Source: an uncultured Candidatus Saccharibacteria bacterium
GTDB lineage: Bacteria > Patescibacteriota > Doudnabacteria > UBA920 > 2-01-FULL-46-14
Length of the DNA stretch: 64,000 bases
Assembly (NCBI GenBank): GCA_964565195.1
Contig: CAZMCQ010000003.1
Location: 24,080 to 88,079, forward strand
Direction: 5' to 3'
The notes under the pieces were generated by a model that saw nothing but the letters and a program-made list of their open reading frames with translations, did not search any database and was not told the DNA's origin. The position numbers were made by a program, and so were the translations under genes. Positions 28,376 to 40,548 of the stretch are shown here, piece by piece (the first letter of the stretch is position 1; every line of letters starts with the position of its first letter).

Positions 28376-28821
28376 AAATCGTCATTGACACCAATGTTTT
28401 AATCAATGGCGCTGCGGATGAGCAGTCCGTGGCTTTTAAGATTGTCAAGGAGGTGATCGAGGGTCGCATTGAGGCATATGCTACGCACCAGACCATGAGT
28501 GAAAACCGGCAGATGCTGCGCAAGCTTGTCCGCGACCCCGAGTACCGCGAGCTTCTGGAAGAGTATTTTCGCAACCTGCAAATTGTGAAAGTTTTTCAGG
28601 CGCTAAATGTGGTGGCTGACCCCGAGGACAACAAATTGTTCGAATCCGCCGCTTCTTCCGGCGCGGAGTATTTGATTTCCAATGACAAAGAAGTCCTTGC
28701 TGTCGAACAGTATCACAACACCAAGATCGTCCCGCCGGACGAGTTCTGGGCGACCTATAAAAACGAAACCGACGACGGCTCGGCGTGGAATGACTGGGCG
28801 AAGATGCTGATGGGAAAGTAG
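28372..28821 (+). CDS. PIN-domain nuclease (PIN_3-like TA toxin component)
   Basis: IVIDTNVLI N-terminus, internal acidic residues, ISNDKEVL; ATGA overlap with upstream toxin gene. Confidence 0.65.
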   Translation: MKIVIDTNVLINGAADEQSVAFKIVKEVIEGRIEAYATHQTMSENRQMLRKLVRDPEYRELLEEYFRNLQIVKVFQALNVVADPEDNKLFESAASSGAEYLISNDKEVLAVEQYHNTKIVPPDEFWATYKNETDDGSAWNDWAKMLMGK

Positions 28822-28883
28822 TTTGTTGAATTTTTCACACATTTGTGTGCATTTTTCAATAAACATTTTAGACAAAATAAAAA

Positions 28884-28920
28884 CGCCTGCGGACCGGGGG
28901 TAATCCGCAGGGCGGTTATT
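28884..28920. terminator. Bidirectional terminator hairpin between convergent genes
   Basis: cctgcgga-ccgggggtaa-tccgcagg with A-rich 5' side and T-containing 3' side. Confidence 0.4.
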
Positions 28921-28937
28921 CTTGGCTTGTGGCTTCG

Positions 28938-29414
28938 CTAGCCGGGGGGCATTGGGGCAACAGCCTTCTTCTCGAGATACACGAACCAGATTGTCGCGGA
29001 GTTGGAATTTTGTGGATGGTTTACCCGGAGAACCTGGAGTAGCTCGAATTTTTCAGACTCTCCCTCCGCGCACTTGAATATTTCGTAAAGCGCGACACTC
29101 TTTCCTCGCGATGAGAATTTACACTGGTATTTTCCCTCAAACGGCGCCGTGTCAAAACTCACCCAGATACTAGCCTGCTTGACCATGAGAGGGTTTTTAA
29201 CGCGGGCGGCGATTCCTGGAAGGGTGTAAAGGATCGTGACCCCGTCACCAGCCAAAACGCTTTTGTTGTCCCCGGTCAGTATTGAGCCGACAATCACACC
29301 GCCAATGAAACTTAGCTGCGCGCTGGCGTTGACAATAGAGACCAGAAAGCAAAAGAACAGGCAGAACGCTGCCTTTATTTTTTGAGTTTGCATAGGCTCC
29401 TCCTTGAGCTTCAT
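28938..29414 (-). CDS. Secreted hypothetical protein (signal peptide; alternative start at second Met)
   Basis: N-terminal hydrophobic signal AAFCLFFCFLVSIVNASA. Confidence 0.45.
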   Translation of the reverse strand: MKLKEEPMQTQKIKAAFCLFFCFLVSIVNASAQLSFIGGVIVGSILTGDNKSVLAGDGVTILYTLPGIAARVKNPLMVKQASIWVSFDTAPFEGKYQCKFSSRGKSVALYEIFKCAEGESEKFELLQVLRVNHPQNSNSATIWFVYLEKKAVAPMPPG

Positions 29415-29469
29415 AAGGTAGCATTAAATCTCATTTTTGTCAAAAGCTTTTGTGCTAAAATAAGGATAT

Positions 29470-32445
29470 ATGTCAACGAAAGCCAAGCTTAAGATTGAAA
29501 CCAAATCCCCGGCCTCGACAAAGCGAGGCGAGGTGAGCAAGCTTCTCGAGGGGCTGAATGAGGCGCAAAGGCAGGCCGCCACGCATGGCGAGGGGCCGCT
29601 TTTGATTGTGGCCGGGGCAGGGACTGGCAAAACCACGGTTATCACGAGGCGCGTGGCGTATTTTATTGAGCAGGGGACAAAGCCCGAAGAAATTCTGGCG
29701 CTCGCGTTCGGCGAGCGGGCCGCCGCGGAAATGGAAGAGCGCGTGGATGAGCTTCTGCCGCTTGGAGTAGTAAATATACAAGTCTCTACATTTCACGCGT
29801 TCTGCGAACAAGTTTTGCATGAATACGGCATTGCCATCGGCCTGCCGGATTTTAAAATTCTCGACGAGGTCGGGCAGTGGCTCCTCATCAGAAACAATCT
29901 CGAGAAATTCGACCTTCAGTATTACCGCCCCTTGGGCAACCCGACCAAATTCATCAAGGCGCTCGTTAAACATTTTGCGCGGGCCAAGGATGAGCTCGTG
30001 ACGCCGGATGAGTATTTGGATTATGCGGAGAAGCTGGAGTTGGAGAATGACCAGGCAGAAAGCGGAATGAAGCACCCTGTCATCCTGAGCGCGAGCGAAG
30101 GATCTCACCACTCGGACAGAGATTCTTCGGCTGCGCCTCAGAATGACGAGGTTTCCAGGGTTGAGGAGGTCGCGAATGCCTACCATGTTTATCAGAAACT
30201 TTTAGTTGAGAATAGCGCCTTGGATTTTGCGGACTTGATTTCCTATACAATTGAACTTTTCAAAAAACGTCCGAAAATTTTGGAACATTACAGAAACCGC
30301 TTCGAGTATATTCTCGTTGATGAGTTTCAGGATACCAACTACGCGCAGTATGAGCTTTTGAAACTGCTGGCCGCGCCTCGCAATAATATTACCGTGGTCG
30401 GCGACGATGACCAGAGCATTTTCAAATTCCGCGGCGCGTCTATTTCCAACATCCTGCATTTTCAGAGGGATTACCCGAAAGCCAAATTCATCTCTTTGAC
30501 TGACAATTACCGCTCCAAACAGAATATTTTGGACCTGGCCCATAGCTTTATCAAACAAAATGACCCGGATCGGCTCGAGGTAAAACTGAAACTTTCCAAG
30601 CGGCTGAAAAGCAGCCGCGGGGGCGACGGCAAAATAGAGGCGATCACGGCTGACAATTATGTTTTGGAGGCCGAGGCAGTGGTGCGGAAGATTACTGAAC
30701 TAATGTCGCTCTCACCTCAATCCTGGAACGACTTTGCTATCCTCGCGCGCTCGCATGAGCTTTTGGAGCCGTTTATCGCGGAGCTTGAGAAAAACCGAAT
30801 TCCCTATATCTATTTTGCCAACCGCGGCCTTTACCACAAGCCGCTCATCTTGGATTTGCTTTCGTATTTCAAAGTTTTGCTCGACTATCACGACAGCCAG
30901 GCATTCTACCGCGTTTTGAAACTGCCAGTCTTTGCAATCTCCGACAGCGCCATCGTGGAGCTCTCGCACCATGCGCACCGGAAGGCCGCCTCGCTCTATG
31001 AGGCAGTCCGGCAAAAAGCCATTGCCAAAGTATTAACAACCATAGAAAAACACGCGCATCTGGCGCGGGAAAAAAGCGCGCTGGAGGTCTATACTACGGT
31101 GTTTAATGACCTCGAATTTACCAAGGCGATTGATCTCGAGTCGCAGGAGGGCTGGCAGAACGCGCGGTACAATGATGCCTTCCTGCGGCGCCTGCAGCAG
31201 TTTATGGTCGAGAGTCGCGACCGCTCGCTTGCCGCGTTTATGAATGAGATCGCCTTTGAACAGGAGGCCGGCAGCGAAGGGGAGCTGGCGTTTGATCCCG
31301 AGGCCGGCCCGGAGGCGGTTAAACTGCTAACCGTGCATGGAGCAAAGGGTTTGGAGTTTTCCGATGTCTTTGTCGTGGGTCTCGTGGACAAACGTTTCCC
31401 GAGCATTGAGCGCAAGGAGCAGATCGAACTCCCCGTGGAGCTGGTCAAAGATATTCTGCCGACCGGGGATATTCATCTTGAAGAGGAACGGCGGCTTTTT
31501 TATGTGGCGATGACGCGGGCCAAAGACGGGTTGTATTTGACGCGGGCGCTGGACTATGGCGGCAAGCAGACCAAGCGGCCTTCGCGCTTTTTGATCGAGC
31601 TCGGCCTGGCCGAAGTCGAAAAAGCGCAACCCACGGGCCAGGTGGCCTTGAAAATCCCGAAGCGCGGCAGGCTGCAGCTGCCGATTCCGAAAAATTTTTC
31701 CTTTAGTCAAATTTCCGCCTTCATTGCCTGCCCGCTTCGCTATAAATACCGCTACATTCTGCGTCTGCCGGAACCCGGCAACGCCAGTTTGTCTTTCGGG
31801 CAGAGCGTGCATAAAACCCTCGAGAAGTTTCTAAAGCACGTTCAGGAAAGCGTTGGCCGCCAGGATCTGTTTGGCAAAACTGCGGCGCGCCCGGAGCCGC
31901 CCGGCTTTGCCCTCCTGCAGAAATATTATGAGGAATCGTGGATTGACGACTGGTATCCTTCAAAATCAATCCGGGAGGAGCACCATCGGCTTGGCCTGGC
32001 CGCGCTAAAAATTTTTTACGAAGAATTCAAAGCCGCCGCGCCCCACGTCAAATATCTGGAAAAGAAATTTCGGCTGAAACTCCGGGACGTCTGGTTTGAC
32101 GGCAAGATCGATCGCGCTGACCAGACCGATGACGGCCTGATCATTATCGATTACAAAACCGGCGCCGCGCGCCAAATCTCGGATGTGGACCATGACCAGC
32201 TCCTCTCCTACCAATGGGCCGCGCAGGAATTCCTGAAAGAACGTGTTCAGAGCTTGCAATACTGGTATCTTCGCGATAAGCTGGAGAAGAAGGAATTCCT
32301 GGGTACCGACGAGCAGATTGCGAAGCTGCAGGACAAATTTTACCGGAATATTCAGGAAATTATCGCGTGCATAAAAAATAACAATTTTCTCGAAGCGGAC
32401 CTGCGGCGGGCGCATGAGTGCGCCTACCGCAAATTAGAATTATGA
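29470..32445 (+). CDS. UvrD/PcrA-like SF1 helicase fused to a C-terminal PD-(D/E)xK (RecB/Cas4-like) nuclease domain; AddA-like but compact (991 aa)
   Basis: Walker A AGAGTGKT, helicase motifs VDEFQD, TVHGAKGLEF; C-terminal ...CPLRYKYRY... DGKIDRADQTDDGLIIIDYKTG nuclease core. Confidence 0.75.
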   Translation: MSTKAKLKIETKSPASTKRGEVSKLLEGLNEAQRQAATHGEGPLLIVAGAGTGKTTVITRRVAYFIEQGTKPEEILALAFGERAAAEMEERVDELLPLGVVNIQVSTFHAFCEQVLHEYGIAIGLPDFKILDEVGQWLLIRNNLEKFDLQYYRPLGNPTKFIKALVKHFARAKDELVTPDEYLDYAEKLELENDQAESGMKHPVILSASEGSHHSDRDSSAAPQNDEVSRVEEVANAYHVYQKLLVENSALDFADLISYTIELFKKRPKILEHYRNRFEYILVDEFQDTNYAQYELLKLLAAPRNNITVVGDDDQSIFKFRGASISNILHFQRDYPKAKFISLTDNYRSKQNILDLAHSFIKQNDPDRLEVKLKLSKRLKSSRGGDGKIEAITADNYVLEAEAVVRKITELMSLSPQSWNDFAILARSHELLEPFIAELEKNRIPYIYFANRGLYHKPLILDLLSYFKVLLDYHDSQAFYRVLKLPVFAISDSAIVELSHHAHRKAASLYEAVRQKAIAKVLTTIEKHAHLAREKSALEVYTTVFNDLEFTKAIDLESQEGWQNARYNDAFLRRLQQFMVESRDRSLAAFMNEIAFEQEAGSEGELAFDPEAGPEAVKLLTVHGAKGLEFSDVFVVGLVDKRFPSIERKEQIELPVELVKDILPTGDIHLEEERRLFYVAMTRAKDGLYLTRALDYGGKQTKRPSRFLIELGLAEVEKAQPTGQVALKIPKRGRLQLPIPKNFSFSQISAFIACPLRYKYRYILRLPEPGNASLSFGQSVHKTLEKFLKHVQESVGRQDLFGKTAARPEPPGFALLQKYYEESWIDDWYPSKSIREEHHRLGLAALKIFYEEFKAAAPHVKYLEKKFRLKLRDVWFDGKIDRADQTDDGLIIIDYKTGAARQISDVDHDQLLSYQWAAQEFLKERVQSLQYWYLRDKLEKKEFLGTDEQIAKLQDKFYRNIQEIIACIKNNNFLEADLRRAHECAYRKLEL
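30079..30147. repeat. Family B nested palindrome copy 2, in-frame inside the helicase gene
   Basis: gtcatcctgagcgcgagcgaaggatctc...agagattcttcggctgcgcctcagaatgac; encodes VILSASEGSHHSDRDSSAAPQNDE loop. Confidence 0.6.
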
Positions 32446-33314
32446 ATCAAGCAGCAGGCAGCAGGGACAGGACGATGATTGTGGCGATTGCCGCCGCGGT
32501 CAGTTTTTTGGGTCTGGAGAGCTTGAGCTTTGTTATCGGCCAATACCAGGTTGCGATTTTTCTGCAGGTCAGTTTTTATGTGTACCTCTTCCTGATTTTC
32601 TGGCAGAGCTTTGTGTTCGACCTGCATTTGAAAGGCGTCCACCCGATCAGGAGGGGACTAAAAGAACGTTTTGGATATATGCTGGAGCGCGGCCATTGGC
32701 TGCACTTTCAAAATTATCTGGTGCTGCCCGGGGTAATCTACTGGATGACCGTCGCGCTTTTATATCTCCGGCCCTTCGAAGAGGCCTTCAAACAGACGGT
32801 CATCGTTTTCTCGACCTTGGCGCTCACCATCGGGTTTTGGTATCTCAAAAAAACTTTTTACCGACACGGCGAGGCGAGCCGCAACACGCGGCAGCTCATT
32901 TTTCTTGCCAAGGTTTACGCGTCCTATCTCGCGTTCGCTGCGTCACTGGGCGTGGTGCGCTACTTCGGCCTGGGCGTCGGTTTGTTTGTCGCAGTGGTGT
33001 TTTGCCTCACTTTTTTGTTGTTCTACCAGGCCTTTTTTCAGCATCACAGTCTGAACTTTGCCGCGTTTCGCCTGATGCTGGCCGCCGGTAGTCTGCTCGC
33101 CATCCTCGCCTATATTATTTTTTACATCTGGAACGTCAATTACTACAGCGCCGCGCTCGTACTAACCGCATTTTATAATACCATCTGGGGCGTCATCCAT
33201 CACCAGTATATTGATCGCGATTTGACGCGGGAGATTGTACTCGAGTATGTCGCGGTTTTATTTCTGATTTTGGTGATCGTCTTTTCCACCACCAACTTCG
33301 CGGAAAGAATATAA
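32418..33314 (+). CDS. Hypothetical polytopic membrane protein
   Basis: ~8 hydrophobic segments; no recognisable motif. Confidence 0.4.
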   Translation: MRLPQIRIMNQAAGSRDRTMIVAIAAAVSFLGLESLSFVIGQYQVAIFLQVSFYVYLFLIFWQSFVFDLHLKGVHPIRRGLKERFGYMLERGHWLHFQNYLVLPGVIYWMTVALLYLRPFEEAFKQTVIVFSTLALTIGFWYLKKTFYRHGEASRNTRQLIFLAKVYASYLAFAASLGVVRYFGLGVGLFVAVVFCLTFLLFYQAFFQHHSLNFAAFRLMLAAGSLLAILAYIIFYIWNVNYYSAALVLTAFYNTIWGVIHHQYIDRDLTREIVLEYVAVLFLILVIVFSTTNFAERI

Positions 33315-33325
33315 CGCTATTCAAA

Positions 33326-34270
33326 CTACCACCACCAGATCAGAATCGAGATTATCACCAGCAGAAAAAAGTTCAAAAAATGATAGCTGGAATGGCCACG
33401 GCCGGTGATGATTTGACGGCCGTAGATGATAATTGTATCAATGGTCAGGATGGCGAGCATTACCACGCCGAAGAGTGTGAAGACGAGTCGTGGCCAGAAA
33501 GGCTGCTGCTCGCCGGCGGCTTTTGGTGCTGGAATGACTGTTTTGATTTCTTCAACGAGGCCAGGCAGGATATATTTTTCCCTGGCCAGGGGCGCGGTGA
33601 GAGTTGCATCGGTTGGCGCCGGCGGAAGATTATTTATAGTTTGGGATAGGGCCTCCTTTGGCTCCGGCGGCGGGGGATTGGGCACAGTCTGGGGCGCCGG
33701 CCGCGCCGCACTTTCGCCGGCAACCGGATATAGCGCGCCAAACAGACTCGTGGTCACGTTGGTATAGCGTTCCTGGAAATTTCCATAGAGCGTTTTCAGA
33801 CCCTGGTCGATAAAGTCCGTATTCAGCATATTTGCGCGGTGCGTTGGGCTATCCACCCAGGCCTTCACCATACCCTCTGATGTGGAAAAGTCAATGGCGA
33901 GATTTTCGCCGAGAATTTTGTAGGGCGCATAGCCGGCTTTGACGATCCGCCCCCAGACATAGTCGCCGTCCGGATCAATATGCGCGAAATAATCGCGCGC
34001 GAGCATATCCGAGGATTTCCCATCGGCGGCGGTGTTTAGGGCCGGACTTAAAAGCAGGGTGGGGATATTGCGCGCGGCGCGTTCGCTGTTGATGAGATTC
34101 ATGATCAACCCGGACTCGACCGCAGCCGCCTCGGCCGGCGGCGGGGCGAGCAGAAAGAGCCGCAACAGAAGCAGGACCAGGGCATAGATGAGAAACGCTT
34201 TGTAGGACAGCACCGGCGGCCGGTAGTTGTTCTCCTGCCTGGCAATGAAAAAGTTTGTGATTTTCCCCAT
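33326..34270 (-). CDS. CAP/SCP/PR1-like domain protein, membrane-anchored at both ends
   Basis: NSERAARNIPTL...DMLARDYFAH...GENLA...WVDSPTHRANML CAP-domain signature; Pro-rich linker. Confidence 0.6.
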   Translation of the reverse strand: MGKITNFFIARQENNYRPPVLSYKAFLIYALVLLLLRLFLLAPPPAEAAAVESGLIMNLINSERAARNIPTLLLSPALNTAADGKSSDMLARDYFAHIDPDGDYVWGRIVKAGYAPYKILGENLAIDFSTSEGMVKAWVDSPTHRANMLNTDFIDQGLKTLYGNFQERYTNVTTSLFGALYPVAGESAARPAPQTVPNPPPPEPKEALSQTINNLPPAPTDATLTAPLAREKYILPGLVEEIKTVIPAPKAAGEQQPFWPRLVFTLFGVVMLAILTIDTIIIYGRQIITGRGHSSYHFLNFFLLVIISILIWWW

Positions 34271-34297
34271 AAACTGGTATAATTATATCGCAAAGTT

Positions 34298-34615
34298 ATG
34301 CTAAAGTCGAAGTCCCGCGCGTGGCCAATAGTTTTGTTTGCGCTTTCCCTCGGAGTGGCGACGGCGATTGTCGTGGGGGTGGATCCCGCGCGGGGCGAGT
34401 TGTGGCAGTTGGCCCTTTTATATCTTGCTGTCTTCACCCTGGTTTACGCGCTGGTTTTGCTGATCGTGCCTCATATCCGCAAGCAAGCCGCGCTGGTCGC
34501 GCTCCTGACCGTCGCCGCTTTGCTGCTCCTTGCGCAGGGGATGTTCACGCCCACGAGCGGTATTCTACTGCTGGCCCTTTTTGTCCTTATCGAGCTTTAT
34601 GCCATCTCCCGCTAA
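34298..34615 (+). CDS. Small hypothetical membrane protein
   Basis: Three hydrophobic helices. Confidence 0.35.
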   Translation: MLKSKSRAWPIVLFALSLGVATAIVVGVDPARGELWQLALLYLAVFTLVYALVLLIVPHIRKQAALVALLTVAALLLLAQGMFTPTSGILLLALFVLIELYAISR

Positions 34616-35342
34616 TTACGTTACGGATGGGCGCGAATATTTGAGGTTTTTAGCCTCGGGCAGCGGCGCGCTGATGCGGGGGATGCTCACGCCGATCCTG
34701 CTCGAGATGATTGATGCTTCCGGTAAGACGCTCCTTGATCTCGGCTGCGGTGAGGGTTACTACACTCGACTGTTTCGGCAGAGGGGCGCCCAGGCTGCGG
34801 TGGGCATTGATATTTCCGAAACTCTTTTGGCCGAGGCGCGTAAACAGGACCCGCCGGGGCGGTACTTTCTCCTCGATTTTAACGCGCAAAGTTTTCCCGG
34901 AGAAGAACGCTTTGATGTAATTCTCGCCAATATGGTGCTCATGAATTTTCAAGATTTAAAGTCCAGCTTTGCGAAATTGGCCGGCCTGATGAAACTCGGT
35001 GGGCAGTTGACTGTTGTAATCGCCAATCCCTTTTATGCCTACCCGGTCGGGCAGTGGAAGCGATCCTGGTTTGGCAAACTGCGCCTGGTCGTCGGCAATT
35101 ATTTTGCGCCGCAGGCCAGGGATTTCTCGTTTCCGGAAAGCGAGTTGAAATTTCCGCATTATCATCACCTCCTTTCAGAGTATGTTAATTATGCAATGGA
35201 CGCAGGATTCACGCTCCACGAATTGCGCGAACCCGCCATCCCTTCAGAACTTTCGAAAAAATACCGCGGCGTTTTGCTGGCTAAACAATTAACAGCGGTG
35301 CCAATTTTTCAAATCTTAAATTTTAAATATGGACAAAAATAA
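34599..35342 (+). CDS. Class I SAM-dependent methyltransferase
   Basis: Motif I LLDLGCGEGYY, motif II-like GIDISE; start chosen at ATG 34599 to avoid overlap with upstream ORF. Confidence 0.65.
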   Translation: MPSPANYVTDGREYLRFLASGSGALMRGMLTPILLEMIDASGKTLLDLGCGEGYYTRLFRQRGAQAAVGIDISETLLAEARKQDPPGRYFLLDFNAQSFPGEERFDVILANMVLMNFQDLKSSFAKLAGLMKLGGQLTVVIANPFYAYPVGQWKRSWFGKLRLVVGNYFAPQARDFSFPESELKFPHYHHLLSEYVNYAMDAGFTLHELREPAIPSELSKKYRGVLLAKQLTAVPIFQILNFKYGQK

Positions 35343-36380
35343 AAACGATCCGCTTGACAACCTCGACTACGACGTCATGCCAGGGGTTGGCAATGCTGCA
35401 CCACGGTTGGCCATTGACGTAAAGCCCGCTGCGCCTACGACGCCTGCGGTTCCGCCTGTCATACATGGCCATTGGAATTGGCGCGTCATCGGTATTTCCG
35501 CGGCCGGCGCGCTGCTGTTTGTTAGTCTCTCGCTTTGGGCCTACTGGAAATACGTGGTGAATTACGATCCCGAAGGGGAGAGCGCGCCGTCAAACGCCAG
35601 CAACATCATCGTGCCTCCGCCAGAGAACAACACGGACACGGATGCGGACGGGCTTACCGACAGCCGCGAGGAAGAACTCGGCGTCGATCCGGGAAAAGCC
35701 GACAGCGATGGCGACGGCTTGGCGGACGGCGATGAGGTCAACGTTTACCACTCGGATCCGCTTCTGCCAGATACGGACAGCGATACTTTCCAGGACGGAC
35801 AGGAGGTCAAGGACGGCTATGATCCAGCGGTAAATTCCGGCAGCAAAGCGCCGGCGGAAACATTGAAATTGTGGGAGGACCGCATCATTGAATTTGGCCT
35901 GCACGAGCCGACCAAAACGACTCTGAATGTGCCGGCGCAAAATGAGCAAACCATGGAAACCCCGGAGGCAGCAGTTTATGCGAATGCCGTTTTTAAATAT
36001 TCCACGGCCGTGCCGAATCTCCTCGAGGTGCGCGAATCAAGCGATAAACGCAACGTCGGCTTCCGCATCAAGGGCGCGGCGGTGGAGGACGAGGATGTCA
36101 CGACTGACCCGATTTATATCACAGCCGCGGTCAATGCCGGCGGGGAAACTTTGCGCGAGTGGGTGGCTGGGCAGTACCAGCCCGCCACGGACTATGATTC
36201 GCTGCAGGAGCTGAAAATCAACGGCATTGACGCAATCAGGATTACCGGCGTGGCGGGCGAGATTTGCGACGGCAACAAAGTTTTTGTGGCCAGGGATACT
36301 GCGGTTATCATCCTCACCTGGCAGTGCAACAATATTGCCGCGTTTGGCCAGCTTTTTGATCAGATTGTGCAGAGCTTTAA

Positions 36381-36390
<10 letters not shown>
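35329..36390 (+). CDS. Membrane-anchored protein with thrombospondin-type-3-like Ca-binding repeats
   Basis: TM helix then repeated DTDADGLTD / DSDGDGLADGDE motifs. Confidence 0.5.
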
Positions 36391-39454
<3,064 letters not shown>

Positions 39455-39492
39455 AGGGCAGGTTATAGGAGATAGGTTATAGGTTTTAGGAA
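39455..39492. repeat. Family C-related direct repeat (ggttatagg x2) after gyrB
   Basis: aggttataggagataggttataggttttagg. Confidence 0.3.
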
Positions 39493-39638
39493 GAAACGAT
39501 TGTATCAGTTTCGTGCGGCCGTCTAATTTTGATACAATCGCTCGTTCTAAATTCTTGGCCGAGAATTTAGGAACTCCAGCGCTTAAGAAAACACTTCTGG
39601 TTATCACTAGATTTGTTCGCCAGTGAATAACGTAATTT

Positions 39639-39690
39639 AAAAAAAAAGCCCGGGCAGCGCGACTTGGTAGTCGCACCGCCGCGGGCTTTG
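39639..39690 (-). terminator. Intrinsic terminator for minus-strand gene 39702..40073
   Basis: agcccgggcagcgcgac-ttggta-gtcgcaccgccgcgggct long GC stem with A9 on + strand (T9 on transcript strand). Confidence 0.6.
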
Positions 39691-39701
39691 AAACCAGTTG
39701 A

Positions 39702-40073
39702 TTAGTACAAAACGCCTGCACTGCAGCCGCCGAGTTCCGGTTCTCCTTCGAGATTGACTGGACGAATTGAGAGTCCGTAACTTTGCGCCAGCGTTACCAA
39801 CGGAAAGTTGTCTGGCTCAGCGCATGAAACGGCGAGGCGCATCTTGGAAAGCTCGCCGTTTGCCGGATCAGTCTTGTCTTCCAGGCCTGCAAACCACTCG
39901 CCATCCCGGAAGAAGTTTTGACCTTGCACGTCCAGCCCCAAATCCTTGGCCTCCTCGAGAAATCTTTCGAGGTCTGTCAGACTGTCCTGAAGGCGCATTA
40001 TTACGTACCCGATGATCATTGCGATTACAGCAATGATTCCAATACCAGCGAGAACCTCAACGAGTGACGGCAT
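39702..40073 (-). CDS. Hypothetical N-terminally membrane-anchored protein (124 aa)
   Basis: AGGAGG RBS 5 nt upstream of ATG at 40073 (minus); N-terminal TM; ORF track frame extends to 40133. Confidence 0.45.
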   Translation of the reverse strand: MPSLVEVLAGIGIIAVIAMIIGYVIMRLQDSLTDLERFLEEAKDLGLDVQGQNFFRDGEWFAGLEDKTDPANGELSKMRLAVSCAEPDNFPLVTLAQSYGLSIRPVNLEGEPELGGCSAGVLY

Positions 40074-40118
40074 GAAACCTCCTATAAAGTGAGTATTTGG
40101 TACAATTATTTCAAAAAT

Positions 40119-40148
40119 TTGACAGACCGTCAAGGGGTGCGGTATAAT
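40119..40148 (+). promoter_or_regulatory. Sigma70 promoter (TTGACA-18-TATAAT) for secE-nusG-rplKA
   Basis: Consensus hexamers read directly. Confidence 0.55.
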
Positions 40149-40162
40149 GCATTCAGTTAAAT

Positions 40163-40262
40163 TGAAAGGCCCGGAAAGGCCTTTTAAAATAGGCCGTAAT
40201 CGGCCGTATCCCCGAGCAGTCGGGGATACATAAGATAAGAATGGATTCCCGCCTTCGCGGGA
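40163..40262 (+). other. Structured leader with three consecutive hairpins upstream of secE
   Basis: aaaggcc-cggaa-ggccttt; gtatccccg-agcagt-cggggatac; attcccgc-cttc-gcgggaat followed by GAATGAC. Confidence 0.3.
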
Positions 40263-40274
40263 ATGACAGGCGTT

Positions 40275-40463
40275 ATGAATAAACTATTGCAATTTTTGAA
40301 AGACGTGCGCGTGGAGCTGGCCAAAGTGGTCTGGCCGAGCCGGCGCGAGGCCATCCGCGCCACGGGCATTGTGATTTTGTTTTCGCTCGCAGTCGCGGCC
40401 TTCCTGGGACTCATTGATTTTGGTCTGGCCAAGCTCATAGGTTTAATCGTTGATCTAAAATGA
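40275..40463 (+). CDS. secE: Preprotein translocase subunit SecE
   Basis: Small single-TM protein with VRVELAKVVWPSRRE motif, directly upstream of nusG. Confidence 0.7.
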   Translation: MNKLLQFLKDVRVELAKVVWPSRREAIRATGIVILFSLAVAAFLGLIDFGLAKLIGLIVDLK

Positions 40464-40548
40464 AGACCTCTCTTAAACCCCTCTTTAATTCTCCCCCCTG
40501 CCTTGCCGGCCGGCAGGTCGACAGGGGAGAAATAAAGGAAGATAACTA

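Noticed and set aside
29473-30186. 237-aa minus-strand ORF
   Set aside because: Antisense to the N-terminal helicase motifs of the UvrD-like gene.
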